From: Candidatus Poribacteria bacterium
Lineage (GTDB): Bacteria; Poribacteria; WGA-4E; WGA-3G
Assembly (NCBI GenBank): GCA_965242965.1
Contig: OZ251518.1
Span: 2,080,001-2,144,000 of the forward strand
Reading direction: 5' to 3'
DNA: 64,000 bases
Shown: piece after piece, positions 38,856 to 49,541 of the stretch
Layout of the letters: every line of letters starts with the position of its first letter
Position numbering within the stretch: the stretch's first letter is position 1
Notes under the pieces: generated by a model
Told to the model about the DNA's origin: nothing
The model's input: only the letters and a program-made list of their open reading frames with translations
Databases searched by the model: none
Position numbers and translations under genes: made by a program

Positions 38856-40088
38856 GTGGAGCGTGTAGTTATTACAGGAATCGGCGTTGTCAACGCAATC
38901 GGCAACACGAAAAATGAATATTGGGATGCGCTTGCCTGCGGTAAAAACGGAATCGGCCCTTTAACCTATTTTGATGCCACCGATTATCGCACCCAGATAG
39001 CGGGCGAGGTGAAGAATTTCCAAGCGGCAGCGTATCTGGACAGGAAGGCGGCATCTCGGTTCCCGCTTTTTATTCAGTATGCACTCGTCGCCGCTATAAT
39101 GGCGCGCGAAGATGCCGGTTTGGAACTTGACACTCTCGATGCTTACCGTGCAGGTGTCCAAATCGGTTCTGGTGTCGGCGGCATCGGCGTGCTAGAGGAA
39201 AACGCCAAAATCCTCGTCGAGAGAGGCCCTAAGCGCGTCAGTCCTTTCCTCGTGCCGTATATGATTATCAACATGGCGGCGGGGCAAATCTCTATCCACT
39301 TTAACCTTAAGGGACCAAACTCCGCCTCGGTTACTGCCTGCGCGACAGCGAACCATTCAATAGGTGAATCGTTTCGCCTTATTCAGCAGGGACATGCCGA
39401 TGTGATGTTCACCGGTGGCACGGAGTCAGCGATTACGCCTTTGTCGTTCGCGGGCTTCTGTTCGATGCGCGCGATGTCCGCGCGTAACCATGAACCGGAA
39501 CGCGCCTCGCGCCCGTTCAACAAGGACAGGGATGGATTCGTCATGGGCGATGGCGCGGGCATCCTTATTCTTGAATCGCTGACGCATGCCAAAAAGCGTG
39601 GTGCGCATATCTATGCCGAAGTCGTGGGCTTCGGGATGACCTCGGATGCTCACGACATGGTGAGTCCGCCGGAAAACGGCGAAGGTGCGGCGAAGGCGAT
39701 GGAATTCGCACTGCGAGATGCGCAGCTCTCGGTAGATGCGGTTGACTATATCAACGCGCACGGGACTTCTACCCCTATCGGCGACATCGCGGAGACGAAC
39801 GCCATCAAAACGCTTTTCGGCGCGCGCGCTTACGAGATTCCCATCAGTTCAACGAAATCGATGGTGGGGCATTTGCTTGGCGCGGCGGGAGCGGTAGAGC
39901 TCATCGCCTGCTTAGGTGGCATGGCGCGCGGCTTCCTGCCGCCAACCATCAACTACGAGGTGCCAGATGAAGCGTGCGACCTGGACTATGTCCCGAATGA
40001 GAGTCGCGAGGGAAAGATAAACGTAGTGCTTTCCAACGCGTTCGGCTTCGGCGGACACAATACCTCCATTGCCATTCGCAAATTGTAA
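38856..40088 (+). CDS. fabF: 3-oxoacyl-ACP synthase II
   Basis: [39 protein letters not shown]; GTG start. Confidence 0.97.
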   Translation: MERVVITGIGVVNAIGNTKNEYWDALACGKNGIGPLTYFDATDYRTQIAGEVKNFQAAAYLDRKAASRFPLFIQYALVAAIMAREDAGLELDTLDAYRAGVQIGSGVGGIGVLEENAKILVERGPKRVSPFLVPYMIINMAAGQISIHFNLKGPNSASVTACATANHSIGESFRLIQQGHADVMFTGGTESAITPLSFAGFCSMRAMSARNHEPERASRPFNKDRDGFVMGDGAGILILESLTHAKKRGAHIYAEVVGFGMTSDAHDMVSPPENGEGAAKAMEFALRDAQLSVDAVDYINAHGTSTPIGDIAETNAIKTLFGARAYEIPISSTKSMVGHLLGAAGAVELIACLGGMARGFLPPTINYEVPDEACDLDYVPNESREGKINVVLSNAFGFGGHNTSIAIRKL

Positions 40089-40094
40089 AAACGG

Positions 40095-40244
40095 GGCTGT
40101 CGTCCCTATCCGGTAGAAAGCGAGGGACAGGCCCTCGCACTACGGTGGGAGAGAAGCAGTAGGAGAGACCTCCTGGTCTCGATGGCTGTCGTCCCTATCC
40201 GGTAGAGAGCGAGGGACAGGCCCTCGCACTACGGTGGGAGAGAA
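40095..40244. repeat. 61-bp direct repeat (each copy with a REP) flanking a GTAGGAGAGACC REP
   Basis: 40095-40155 vs 40184-40244, one mismatch. Confidence 0.9.
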
Positions 40245-40256
40245 TCTGTTTTACGC

Positions 40257-40859
40257 ATGGCGATGCTCGCGCTTTTGCACGAGGCGAAACCATGCGGTTC
40301 AGCGGAGAAAGACGTGATTGCACAGGAATACTTATCGGATGCTTCGCGCCAATACAAAGAACTCGCGTATATCGGCTTCGGCAGCAACATCGGTGACAGA
40401 CATGTCTATATCCGCAATGCCCTCCACCGTCTCGCCGCAGTGGAGGGTATCATTTTACAAAAGGTCTCCTCCCTCTACGAAACCGCCCCGGTCGGCTATG
40501 AAGAGCAGGGGCAATTTCTCAACGGAGTCGCCGAAATTCAAACAAGTCTCTCCCCGCGCAGTCTGTTGCACATCTTGAAAGCAATCGAGAGGCAGATAGG
40601 CAGACAACACCGCGTCCGCTGGGGTCCTCGCGAAATCGACTTGGATTTGCTAATCTACGGCGATGTCTGTCTGCGCGAGGATGGGCTTATCGTCCCACAT
40701 CCGGAGATGCATCGTCGTCAATTTGTGCTGGTCCCTTTTGCGGAGATTGCATCGGAGGTTGTGCATCCGGTGTTGGGGGAGAGTATTGGGGGGTTGCTGG
40801 AGAACATTGAGGGTTGTGCGGGTGTTCGGAAAAGCGCGGATCCTTTCCAAACACCCTGA
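40257..40859 (+). CDS. folK: HPPK, 2-amino-4-hydroxy-6-hydroxymethyldihydropteridine diphosphokinase (true start may be later)
   Basis: [35 protein letters not shown] motifs. Confidence 0.95.
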   Translation: MAMLALLHEAKPCGSAEKDVIAQEYLSDASRQYKELAYIGFGSNIGDRHVYIRNALHRLAAVEGIILQKVSSLYETAPVGYEEQGQFLNGVAEIQTSLSPRSLLHILKAIERQIGRQHRVRWGPREIDLDLLIYGDVCLREDGLIVPHPEMHRRQFVLVPFAEIASEVVHPVLGESIGGLLENIEGCAGVRKSADPFQTP

Positions 40860-40895
40860 ATGCAAACCCTTTTAAATCCTGGCTCCCCTCGCTCT

Positions 40896-41339
40896 CTACC
40901 AAGATCGTTTCTCAACGAAACCTATCTTGATATAGAGTTTTTTGTGCATGACGATAGCACTGGACTCCCCGCCCTTCCTGATCGGTTCCCGATAACGAGA
41001 ATCGTCGAGCATCTCGGCCGGGCGAGGATAAGCGTCTTCAGGAAGACGATACACATGAATTTCTCCAGCATCGTAGTCGTACCCGAACACATCCTTTATG
41101 TTGTAATGGATGTTCTCTGCAATTGCCCATGCTTCGTGTGCAGAAATGCGACGTTGGAATTTCTCCGGGCCGTGGTAAGGTGGATATTCCACCGACACCT
41201 CAAACCAAGGCGGGTCGCTCTTGACTAAAACAAGGTCGAAATCACTTGCTGCATTTACAGCCGAAACAAGAGATTTCACGTATAAGGCCGGTTGATTTTT
41301 GCCAATGGCCTCCTGCGCCTCTTTCATTGTTTTTGACAT
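40896..41339 (-). CDS. Hypothetical protein
   Basis: GAGG RBS before MSKTMKE; no family recognised. Confidence 0.6.
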   Translation of the reverse strand: MSKTMKEAQEAIGKNQPALYVKSLVSAVNAASDFDLVLVKSDPPWFEVSVEYPPYHGPEKFQRRISAHEAWAIAENIHYNIKDVFGYDYDAGEIHVYRLPEDAYPRPAEMLDDSRYREPIRKGGESSAIVMHKKLYIKIGFVEKRSW

Positions 41340-41534
41340 TATATTGTCCTCTGTTATGATACCGCTAGTATGCAAACGCCGCAATGCCTGAGGGTATCGG
41401 TTTGACGGTTGGTGCAGGCCGATTTCAAGCGACGTTAAGGCCTGTTAAACGAATTCCCTTTTCAGAAAGCATGCGCGCCCGACGAGGGTAAGAACGGATT
41501 TCTCTACTGCCCGTATTGATTTCCGCGTGGACGG

Positions 41535-42545
41535 TTATTCGTCCTCTAGCAGCTCATCCAACATTTTGGAAATCTGCCCCCGCCGTGCTTCTTGCATCTC
41601 TAATGTCTTTCTTTCGTAGGCGAGCAAACTTAGCACCTGACGGATCAGGAAGGCGTTTTTCTCACCCGGTTCGTTAGGGATGCGAGATTCCAACTCGTCA
41701 ATGCTTTTCTGTTGTGCCGCAGCTTGGTGTTCAAGTTTGTCAATAAGTCGACGCGCTCTTGTGACTGTTTCAGCACCCCATTTTTCCCTGACGGTGGTAT
41801 GAATCCAGTTTTCAAATTTGTCCCCGGAGACAGCGGTATTGAACCACTCTTTCGTTGACAGTTGGCTCAATTCCTTATTTAAGAATTCTTCGATTTCCCT
41901 ATCTTTGAGCGACTGGTCGTGGTGCTTACTGAGCCCGGCAACAAAAGTGTCGAATTCAGAATCTTTACGAGACAAAAATAGGTGAATCTTCACAGCGATG
42001 CTCCGATCTACCGAATTGGAGCAAGCCACCCTGAGCGTGAAAGGGTGTCCATATCCCGGATCAAACCTATAATCGGGCACCAGAAAACTAATCCACATAC
42101 GCGCACCGTACTTGGAGAGGCGCAACCTTGCGAGAAGAGACTCCAGATCGGTAGCATCTTCTTCACGACTTCCAAAGAGGCCTCCTAACAGCATGAGTGT
42201 GCTCTCCTCAGGAACCGCGTTTGTTCGCCTAGATTCGCTGACTACCCTTAACGCGTTCAACACATTGTCAATAACTTCGTGATGTTGAACAAGTTTATAA
42301 TTGTCATTTCTAACAGCAGCAACGGGTATGCGCAGGCTATTCTCGGGATTAACTTCATCCCCGACACCAACCTCGCCCAAGGGCTCGCGCGCGATGAGGT
42401 CTAGGTATTTGTTCACACCCGCTCCGATGCGAAAAGGCGAACTCGTGAAAGTCGGAATTTTCAGCCGAAGTTCGCTGATAGGTCCTTCGCTCTCTTCAAA
42501 TTCGCGTCCAAGCCATAGATTTCCGTCGGGCTTTTTGGATGTCAT
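41535..42545 (-). CDS. DUF932-like protein
   Basis: YKLVQHHEV, YGARMW, CSNSVDRSIA motifs; AAGGAG RBS. Confidence 0.65.
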   Translation of the reverse strand: MTSKKPDGNLWLGREFEESEGPISELRLKIPTFTSSPFRIGAGVNKYLDLIAREPLGEVGVGDEVNPENSLRIPVAAVRNDNYKLVQHHEVIDNVLNALRVVSESRRTNAVPEESTLMLLGGLFGSREEDATDLESLLARLRLSKYGARMWISFLVPDYRFDPGYGHPFTLRVACSNSVDRSIAVKIHLFLSRKDSEFDTFVAGLSKHHDQSLKDREIEEFLNKELSQLSTKEWFNTAVSGDKFENWIHTTVREKWGAETVTRARRLIDKLEHQAAAQQKSIDELESRIPNEPGEKNAFLIRQVLSLLAYERKTLEMQEARRGQISKMLDELLEDE

Positions 42546-42703
42546 AATGTAACTCCTTTCATGGGATCGGGTTCAGAAACTCTTCAATTCCTAACGGTTT
42601 ATGGAACCGAGTTTCTGAAAAGTTACCCCAATTTGCGCACGTATAAAAACGTCGGCGTATACTACGCCCGGCTAGATGTGCTTCGATTTTCGGTGCATGC
42701 TTA

Positions 42704-42732
42704 ATTATACCACAAAATGCATCTGAAGTCAA
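42704..42732 (-). promoter_or_regulatory. sigma70 promoter of the DUF932 gene
   Basis: TTGACT-17-TATAAT with TGn. Confidence 0.7.
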
Positions 42733-42837
42733 ATTTTTTCAGAGTTTTTGCTGCGTTATGAGGACCAGCCCCCCAAGCATGCAGCCGTGCGAAGAACAAT
42801 TCAGGCCCGCTTGCGATCTGGCGGACAAACCTATCAC

Positions 42838-44739
42838 TTACCGTTTCAATCCATCAACGCCAATTTCCTCCAACGGCAGGGGATCCTTTCCTTTATTTTT
42901 AAAGCACAGGACTGGCACGGTGAACATCTTCGCTTTCTTGAATACTGCGCCCCAATCGATAGCTCTACCCGGCACAGGAATGGGATCCTCGTAATCAGTA
43001 ACCTGATTTTCCTTGAGGAAATTTTCAATGACGTTGAACTTAATGGCGAAATTAACGTTTTGACGATCTGCTATTTCGATGCCATGTTCTCCTATTACCA
43101 AAAAAGGATCGAGCGCACTTACAACGACCCCGACCACATTTCCGGCAGCATCCAACACTGGCCCACCACTGTTACCACCCTGAGTATGCGCAGTATGCTG
43201 AAAGCGGTTATAGGGTAAGGAAGCAGCCATCGTAGAGGCAAGTCCGCTCACAGTGCCTAATGTGCCATTACCTTCGTAGGACAACACGTGACTCAGCGGA
43301 TATCCAAAAACAGCTATCTCCTCTCCTAATTCAACGGAGGAACTTCTGAATCTTGCAGGATTCGTATTCTGAACTGAGTCAACAAGCAGTGCAAAGTCAA
43401 CGTCCGTATCCCTCGCGATCACCGTCACACGTCGATAGGGAATTCGCACTTCGTCGTATGATTTCACAACATGCTCGTTGGTCAGAATGAGCGTTTCGTT
43501 GATGTAAAATCCGGTGCCAGATGACACGAGAACCTTAGGTTGCCAGTCAGCAACCTGTTGCTGAATCTCATTCCGCTGCTCTTCCGTTAACCGCTTTCCA
43601 ACTTCTTCACGCCGTGTAAGAACCTCGGTAGCCGAGTTAGGGTCAGCAGCCTGATTCAAATCCGCGAGGGTACGAGCAGCGAGGCTATACCAATAATATG
43701 CCTCCGCGTCAACTTTTGCTACGCCATATAAGCCTTCCGCAAACGCATTGCCGAGAAGATTTTGCGTAATTGCTGTCCCTTGATGTGCTGCTTCAAACGC
43801 GAATCTTAAGGCCTTTTCGGTGTTCTGTGGCACGCCCTTGCCCTCAAGATACATGTAGGCGAGGTTGTTTTGCGCGGTGGCATAGCCTTGTTCAGCCGCC
43901 TTTTGGAACCATTGGGCACCTTCTTGGAGGTCCGGATTTCCTACCTCGCCGCGGGCGTACATGACACCAAGGACGAATTGTGATTCGGCATGGCCCTGCA
44001 CCGCTGCTTGGTGATACAATCCGAAAGCTTTTAGCAAGTCCTGATCTACTCCTTTGCCTTCCCGATACATTGTAGCGAGTCCACTTTGCGCCGGGGCATA
44101 GCCTTGTTCAGCTGCCTTTGTATACCATTCCACAGCCTTTTCTAAGTCTGGAGTTACTACTCCGTCCAAACCTCCTTTATAGATTCGGGCAAGGTGGTAT
44201 TGCGCGGGGATATGGCCTTGGTTCGCAGCCTTTTGAAACCATTCTTCGGGCTTTTTGAGGTTTTCAGGCAAGGCATCATAGTCGTAGATGCACATGATGC
44301 CAAGGTTGAATTGCGTAGTAGGGTTAACGTATTCCGCTAACGATTGAAGGAATCTCGCAATAAGTTCCTTGAGAGTCTTTATTGAAGGTTCGGTTAAATT
44401 TCTGAGGCGTAAAACTTCCTGTCCCCCACCTACAGATCTCGCCGCAAGATGGGTGGACACCTCCTCAAGGCGGACAGCTTCTTCCACCGCTGCAACAGCA
44501 AAGTCGTTCATCGCGGGAAAATATTTCTTCTTGGCTGCTTTGGTGTACCATTCCACGGCCTTTTCAAGGTCTTGAGCCACCCCTTTGCCATGTTTGTACA
44601 TGTAGCCAAGATAGAACTCCGCGAGGCGATCCCCATCCCCTTTCATCGCGCGCTGCTCAAAATCGTATAGAGCGACTTCGTAATGCCCGCGTTCATAGGC
44701 CGCTATACCCGCGTCGTAGTTTGAAGGATTAGTGGACAT
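42838..44739 (-). CDS. Sel1-repeat protein fused to a trypsin-like serine protease
   Basis: About 7 Sel1 repeats (AQxxLxxMYxxGxGV..A..W..KAA); triad TNEHVV / DFALL / GNSGGP. Confidence 0.92.
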   Translation of the reverse strand: MSTNPSNYDAGIAAYERGHYEVALYDFEQRAMKGDGDRLAEFYLGYMYKHGKGVAQDLEKAVEWYTKAAKKKYFPAMNDFAVAAVEEAVRLEEVSTHLAARSVGGGQEVLRLRNLTEPSIKTLKELIARFLQSLAEYVNPTTQFNLGIMCIYDYDALPENLKKPEEWFQKAANQGHIPAQYHLARIYKGGLDGVVTPDLEKAVEWYTKAAEQGYAPAQSGLATMYREGKGVDQDLLKAFGLYHQAAVQGHAESQFVLGVMYARGEVGNPDLQEGAQWFQKAAEQGYATAQNNLAYMYLEGKGVPQNTEKALRFAFEAAHQGTAITQNLLGNAFAEGLYGVAKVDAEAYYWYSLAARTLADLNQAADPNSATEVLTRREEVGKRLTEEQRNEIQQQVADWQPKVLVSSGTGFYINETLILTNEHVVKSYDEVRIPYRRVTVIARDTDVDFALLVDSVQNTNPARFRSSSVELGEEIAVFGYPLSHVLSYEGNGTLGTVSGLASTMAASLPYNRFQHTAHTQGGNSGGPVLDAAGNVVGVVVSALDPFLVIGEHGIEIADRQNVNFAIKFNVIENFLKENQVTDYEDPIPVPGRAIDWGAVFKKAKMFTVPVLCFKNKGKDPLPLEEIGVDGLKR

Positions 44740-44861
44740 TGGTGAAATTTCCTTAGTCATCGTTTTCGCTTTCGCAATACAGCGCGCGCAGTCACGCGCC
44801 TCGATAGGTCCGAGTGCCGATTCTCAGCAGCGGCTCGTCACGAACCCAAGGTTCAAATAAT

Positions 44862-44890
44862 ATGATACCATTTATGCGCGGCATTGTCAA
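44862..44890 (-). promoter_or_regulatory. sigma70 promoter of the Sel1-protease gene
   Basis: TTGACA-17-TATCAT with TGn. Confidence 0.7.
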
Positions 44891-44910
44891 GTTTTTTGCA
44901 ATTCGCGACG

Positions 44911-45585
44911 CTACTCCTCCGTTAGCATCTTAGCGATGTCTTCTGGCAACCGCACGCCAAAATCCCGTTCAAATTCCGGCACGCTGCCGAACTCGCGCCG
45001 GAACTTGGCGGCGATATCCAACTTCTTCCTCCCTGCGGTTGCGAAATCAGCGCGTGCGTTCTCCCACTGCTGCAAGCGCAGCCAGACGATACCGCGGTGA
45101 TAGTAGGTATGCCGCGGAAGGGAATCAAGTTTTATTGACTGGCTCAAGTCGTGAATGGCCAGGTCAAGGCTGCCTTTATTCACGTAAACTTGCGCGCGCC
45201 CATAATAGGCACTTGCCTGCGTAGCGGCACTCGTTGTCAGCTCCATCACCTTGTTAAAGTCGGCAATGGCTCTATCGTATTCGCCTTTGCTACCGTAAAC
45301 TCGGCCGCGCTCCTGATAGGTGCTGATATAATCGGGTTTGAGCGTTATCGCCTTGCTAAAGTCTCTGATGGCCAGGTCAAGGTCGCCCTTGTCCTCGTAA
45401 GCCAGCCCGCGATTAATATAGACCCAGCGAAAATCCGGGAAGAGTTCTAGTGCCTTATTAAAGTCCTCAATGGCTCGGACATACTCGCCTTTCTGGTAAT
45501 AAGCCAGCCCGCGATAGACATAGGCTCTAGTGAGCGTCTCCTTATCACTCGGACTGAGCGATGTGACTTTATCAGTAACTTTCAT
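44911..45585 (-). CDS. TPR protein
   Basis: About 5 TPRs (AYxxRG..Y..KG.Y..AI.DF.KA). Confidence 0.9.
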   Translation of the reverse strand: MKVTDKVTSLSPSDKETLTRAYVYRGLAYYQKGEYVRAIEDFNKALELFPDFRWVYINRGLAYEDKGDLDLAIRDFSKAITLKPDYISTYQERGRVYGSKGEYDRAIADFNKVMELTTSAATQASAYYGRAQVYVNKGSLDLAIHDLSQSIKLDSLPRHTYYHRGIVWLRLQQWENARADFATAGRKKLDIAAKFRREFGSVPEFERDFGVRLPEDIAKMLTEE

Positions 45586-46394
45586 TTTTGTTCACCTTCG
45601 TTGTAGGCATCAATTGCCCCATCGTAAGCCGCAATTGCCTCATCGGGTTGACTTTCTTCGCTTCCCTCAAACCCGTGGTCCAACTCTCTACGTCGATCTG
45701 GTTCAACAGGTTTATCATAGGCACGCAAGCGCGCGAAACCATCAAAGTCTGGGAACAGCATCGCTTCTCTGATACCCGCTGCCTTCTCTAAAGAAGTCAA
45801 GATGGATTTCTTGCTGTTTCCTCGGATAACGCATTCTGCCGCCGCTTCAATGTTGTCACCCCCGAAAAGGAAGACGGATTGCTGCGCGAGGATGCGGCTG
45901 TTCTGCTGTTTGGGCTGCCATTGATACAGCGGATATCTCCCGCGTTCATCCTCTATGAAAAAGCAATTGATGTCATCGTCTAGCAATTCCGGCGTAATCT
46001 TTTTGAAGCGGAGCAGATTATCACTGCGCACTGCGTAGACTTTCCCGTTTGTTTCACCTTTCTCGCAGGCGAACCAAAGCGCAACCTGGGCACTACGCGT
46101 GAAATCTATCAAGCAGGTGGCCGCGCCGAAATGCTGCAGTTCCGCTAGTAACTCCAAATCGGCGAGTTGCTGTCCCTCTTTCACGTTGTGTCCGCGGAGG
46201 CGCGCATCCCGGAGATACTCCTCGTTGATTCTGAGCAGCGTCGCCGGATTTCTTTTCGCTTGTGGCAGGCGGAGATAGGCAGAAGGAACTATCTCGTAGG
46301 TTTCATTGGGAACACCCCGAAACAGATATTGTCCAGGCTCCAATTCTTCTATCCATGCGATAAACGCCGCGAGGTCTGTTATTTCTGTTGCCAC
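45582..46394 (-). CDS. FRG domain protein
   Basis: YLFRG, LQHFGAATCLIDFT, ALWFAC, RILAQQSVF motifs. Confidence 0.92.
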   Translation of the reverse strand: MATEITDLAAFIAWIEELEPGQYLFRGVPNETYEIVPSAYLRLPQAKRNPATLLRINEEYLRDARLRGHNVKEGQQLADLELLAELQHFGAATCLIDFTRSAQVALWFACEKGETNGKVYAVRSDNLLRFKKITPELLDDDINCFFIEDERGRYPLYQWQPKQQNSRILAQQSVFLFGGDNIEAAAECVIRGNSKKSILTSLEKAAGIREAMLFPDFDGFARLRAYDKPVEPDRRRELDHGFEGSEESQPDEAIAAYDGAIDAYNEGEQK

Positions 46395-46546
46395 TTACCA
46401 GCCCTTCCATTTGGAAATTGTTTTCTCTATTGCATCGGCACCGCCGCGCGCCTTGCACAATAGTGAACGCCATTGGCGGAATGCATCGAGACCAGGAGGT
46501 CTCTCCTACGCGCGCCTTGCGAAATAGTGAATGCCATTCACGTGAC

Positions 46547-46673
46547 ATTATACCCTATCCAAACAGAATTGTCAAGTTTTTGCAATAAGGAATCCCGCAA
46601 ATCCTGATGCAGAACAGCCAAGGCATCGCCTCGTCAATAAAAATTTGCAATTTTGTCCGAAATGTGGTATAAT
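46547..46673. promoter_or_regulatory. Divergent sigma70 promoters (FRG gene and sucC)
   Basis: Minus: TTGACA(46575-70)-17-TATAAT(46552-47). Plus: TTGCAA(46645)-17-TATAAT(46668). Confidence 0.7.
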
Positions 46674-46696
46674 ATCCTATAAGGAGCATACGTTTT

Positions 46697-47881
46697 ATGA
46701 ATATCCACGAATACCAAGCAAAAGAAATCCTTGAAACCTACGGTGTCAGCATGCCAGCCGGCGGTGTCGCCGAGACACCTGCCGAAGCAGAAGCAGTCGC
46801 ACGGGAACTCAGTTGTGCGCAATTCGTCGTGAAAGCGCAGATTCATGCCGGGGGACGCGGAAAGGGCGGCGGCATTAAACTGGCTAAAACACCCGCCGAA
46901 GTCCGACAACAAGCAGAAAATATCCTCGGCATGCAACTCGTCACGCCACAGACGGGACCGGAAGGGAAACTCGTCCGGAAGGTGCTTGTCACCGAAGCGG
47001 TGCAGTTAGAAAAAGAGTTCTACCTCGCCATTCTCGTTGATAGAGAGACTTCGCAACTCGCCTTAATCGGGTGCGCCGAAGGGGGCATCAACATTGAAGA
47101 AGTCGCGGCGCAGACACCGGAAAAGATTATCCGAGTCCAGCTCGAGCCAGCGTTCGGTATAACGCCGTTTCAAGCGCGGCAGTTTGCGTATCAATTCATC
47201 ACCGATGAAGCATATCGCTCGCTTATTCCGAAAACGACAGAACTCATCTTGTCACTCTACAACGCCTTCACCGCTGGCGATTGCTCGTTAGTGGAAATTA
47301 ACCCGCTGGCGATTGTGAAAACGGACGATGGACTGGACATCGCTGCTGTTGATGCCAAGGTAAATCTTGACGACAACGCGCTGTGGCGGCACCCCGAACT
47401 CGCTGCGATGCGCGACCCGCACGAAGAAGACGCACGCGAATTGGAGGCAAGCGAATCCGGCCTCAGCTACATCCGGCTTGACGGCAACATCGGATGCATG
47501 GTGAACGGCGCGGGGCTCGCAATGGCGACGATGGACATTATCAAACAGCACGGCGGGGAACCGGCGAATTTTTTGGATGTCGGCGGCGGTGCTTCAACCG
47601 AAGCGGTCGCGCACGCCTTCCGACTCATCCTCGCCGATGAGAACGTCAAGGCGGTGCTCGTCAACATTTTCGGCGGCATCATGAAATGCGACACGATTGC
47701 GAACGGCATCGTTGAAGCAGCCAAGCAGGTTTCACTCAACGTGCCGTTGGTGGTGCGGCTGGAAGGCACAAACGTGGAACTCGGAAAACAGATTATCGCC
47801 GATTCCGCGCTGAACGTTCAATCAGCAGATGGGCTTTCGGATGCGGCGCAATTGGCGGTGGCGGCGGCGAATGCAATGTAA
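46697..47881 (+). CDS. sucC: Succinyl-CoA ligase beta subunit
   Basis: [40 protein letters not shown] motifs. Confidence 0.98.
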   Translation: MNIHEYQAKEILETYGVSMPAGGVAETPAEAEAVARELSCAQFVVKAQIHAGGRGKGGGIKLAKTPAEVRQQAENILGMQLVTPQTGPEGKLVRKVLVTEAVQLEKEFYLAILVDRETSQLALIGCAEGGINIEEVAAQTPEKIIRVQLEPAFGITPFQARQFAYQFITDEAYRSLIPKTTELILSLYNAFTAGDCSLVEINPLAIVKTDDGLDIAAVDAKVNLDDNALWRHPELAAMRDPHEEDARELEASESGLSYIRLDGNIGCMVNGAGLAMATMDIIKQHGGEPANFLDVGGGASTEAVAHAFRLILADENVKAVLVNIFGGIMKCDTIANGIVEAAKQVSLNVPLVVRLEGTNVELGKQIIADSALNVQSADGLSDAAQLAVAAANAM

Positions 47882-47889
47882 ATGAGAAG

Positions 47890-48140
47890 GGGCATCGAGA
47901 CCAGGAGGTCTATCCTACCGCACCCTCTGGGTAGGAGGGACATCCTTGTCCCGATATGGGGATTGCATCGAGACCGGGAGGTTTCACCTACGGTATTGCA
48001 TCGAGACCAGGAGGTCTCTCCTACTGCACCCTCTGGGTAGGAGGGACATCCTTGTCCCGATATGGGGATTGCATCGAGACCAGGAGGTCTCTCCTACCGG
48101 AGAAGGGGCAGCGAGACCAGGAGGTCTCTCCTACTGGGGA
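47890..48140. repeat. REP mosaic
   Basis: Five atcgagaccaggaggtctctcctac-type and two gtaggagggacatccttgtcccgat units. Confidence 0.88.
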
Positions 48141-48158
48141 ATTGGGACAGGCATCATC

Positions 48159-49337
48159 ATGGATAAACTGGGATTAAGCGATTTAGATGTTTCAGGGAAG
48201 CGAGTACTGGTGCGCGTGGATTTCAATGTGCCGATGCAAGACGGCCGCATCACCGATGAAACGCGTATCACATCCGCTTTGCCGACGCTCATGGAGCTCA
48301 TCAATCGGGATGCGAAAGTTATCCTCGTGACACACATGGGCAGGCCAGCGGGGAGAACGCCGAAATTTTCCACGGCCCCCATCGCCGATGCCCTCAGCAA
48401 ACGGCTCGGCCGGCGCGTGGCGCACGTTGGCGATTGCATCGGTGAAGCGGTGAAAAATGCTGTCGCATCACTACAAACAGGCGATGTCCTGCTCCTTGAG
48501 AACATCCGTTTCTATGCGGAAGAGACAGCCAACGATGCCGAGTTTGCGCGCGAACTTGCCGCCTATGCAGACGTTTACGTCAACGATGCGTTCGGAACGG
48601 CGCACCGCGCACATGCCTCAACAGAAGGTGTAACGCATTATCTGAACCCGTGTGCCGCCGGACTCTTGATGGCGCGCGAGATTTATTATCTCAGCACAAC
48701 CTTCGATAATCCGGAACGGCCTTATGTCGCTATCCTCGGTGGCGCGAAGATATCGGACAAAATTACGCTGATTGAGAATTTGCTAGGAAACGTGGATAGC
48801 CTGCTGATTGGCGGCGGCATGGCCTATACGTTCTTCGCGGCGATGGGACTGCCGGTCGGCGATTCGCTCGTCGAAACGGAGAAACTTGACGTCGCGAAAT
48901 CGCTTATTGAACAAGACCGGTTTGCTAATACTGTCATCCTACCGCTAGACAACGTCGTCGGGCGCGCGTTTCACGCCGAAACCGAATCGCGGATTGCTTA
49001 CAGCGGACATATCCCCGACGGATGGCAAGGCATGGATATCGGTTCACAGACAGTTGACGCATTCGGTGAAGCGATAGCCGCCGCCAAAACGGTAGTCTGG
49101 AACGGACCGCTCGGTGTCTATGAATTTGAGCAGTTCGCGCAGGGCACGATTGCCATCGCCAAGCATATCGCCGCATCCAACGCAATGAGCATCATCGGCG
49201 GCGGTGACTGCGTCGCGGCGGTCCAACAGGCGGGTGTCGCCGATAAGATGACGCATATCTCCACCGGCGGTGGTGCATCTCTGGAGTTTTTGGAAGGTAA
49301 ACCGCTACCCGGTATCGCCGCGTTAACTGATAAATAA
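48159..49337 (+). CDS. pgk: Phosphoglycerate kinase
   Basis: RVDFNVP, DAFGTAHRAHAS, GGAKISDK, STGGGASLEFLEG motifs. Confidence 0.98.
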   Translation: MDKLGLSDLDVSGKRVLVRVDFNVPMQDGRITDETRITSALPTLMELINRDAKVILVTHMGRPAGRTPKFSTAPIADALSKRLGRRVAHVGDCIGEAVKNAVASLQTGDVLLLENIRFYAEETANDAEFARELAAYADVYVNDAFGTAHRAHASTEGVTHYLNPCAAGLLMAREIYYLSTTFDNPERPYVAILGGAKISDKITLIENLLGNVDSLLIGGGMAYTFFAAMGLPVGDSLVETEKLDVAKSLIEQDRFANTVILPLDNVVGRAFHAETESRIAYSGHIPDGWQGMDIGSQTVDAFGEAIAAAKTVVWNGPLGVYEFEQFAQGTIAIAKHIAASNAMSIIGGGDCVAAVQQAGVADKMTHISTGGGASLEFLEGKPLPGIAALTDK

Positions 49338-49338
49338 T

Positions 49339-49520
49339 TGAGGGGGTTTCATAACTCCGTTTCGGTATTTATCTTCCCTTGGGGGACAGGCGAATACCGA
49401 TCGAAAAGCGAGCGGAGGGTGCCGCGCATCGGGCCCCCTCTGTAGTTCGGGAGCGCCCGCTCCCGAACGGTTCAGGATCAGGCGATCCTGAACTACAGAG
49501 GTGATGCGTTCTGACACCGA
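49339..49520. repeat. REP cluster starting with tgagggggtttcataactccgtttcggta
   Basis: Similar to the left part of the 1166 cluster. Confidence 0.8.
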
Positions 49521-49541
49521 ACGCTTTGTGAAAATAAAAAA

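Noticed and set aside
40896-46575. Integron cassette array
   Set aside because: No intI gene and no convincing attC (RYYYAAC...GTTRRRY) sites recognised.
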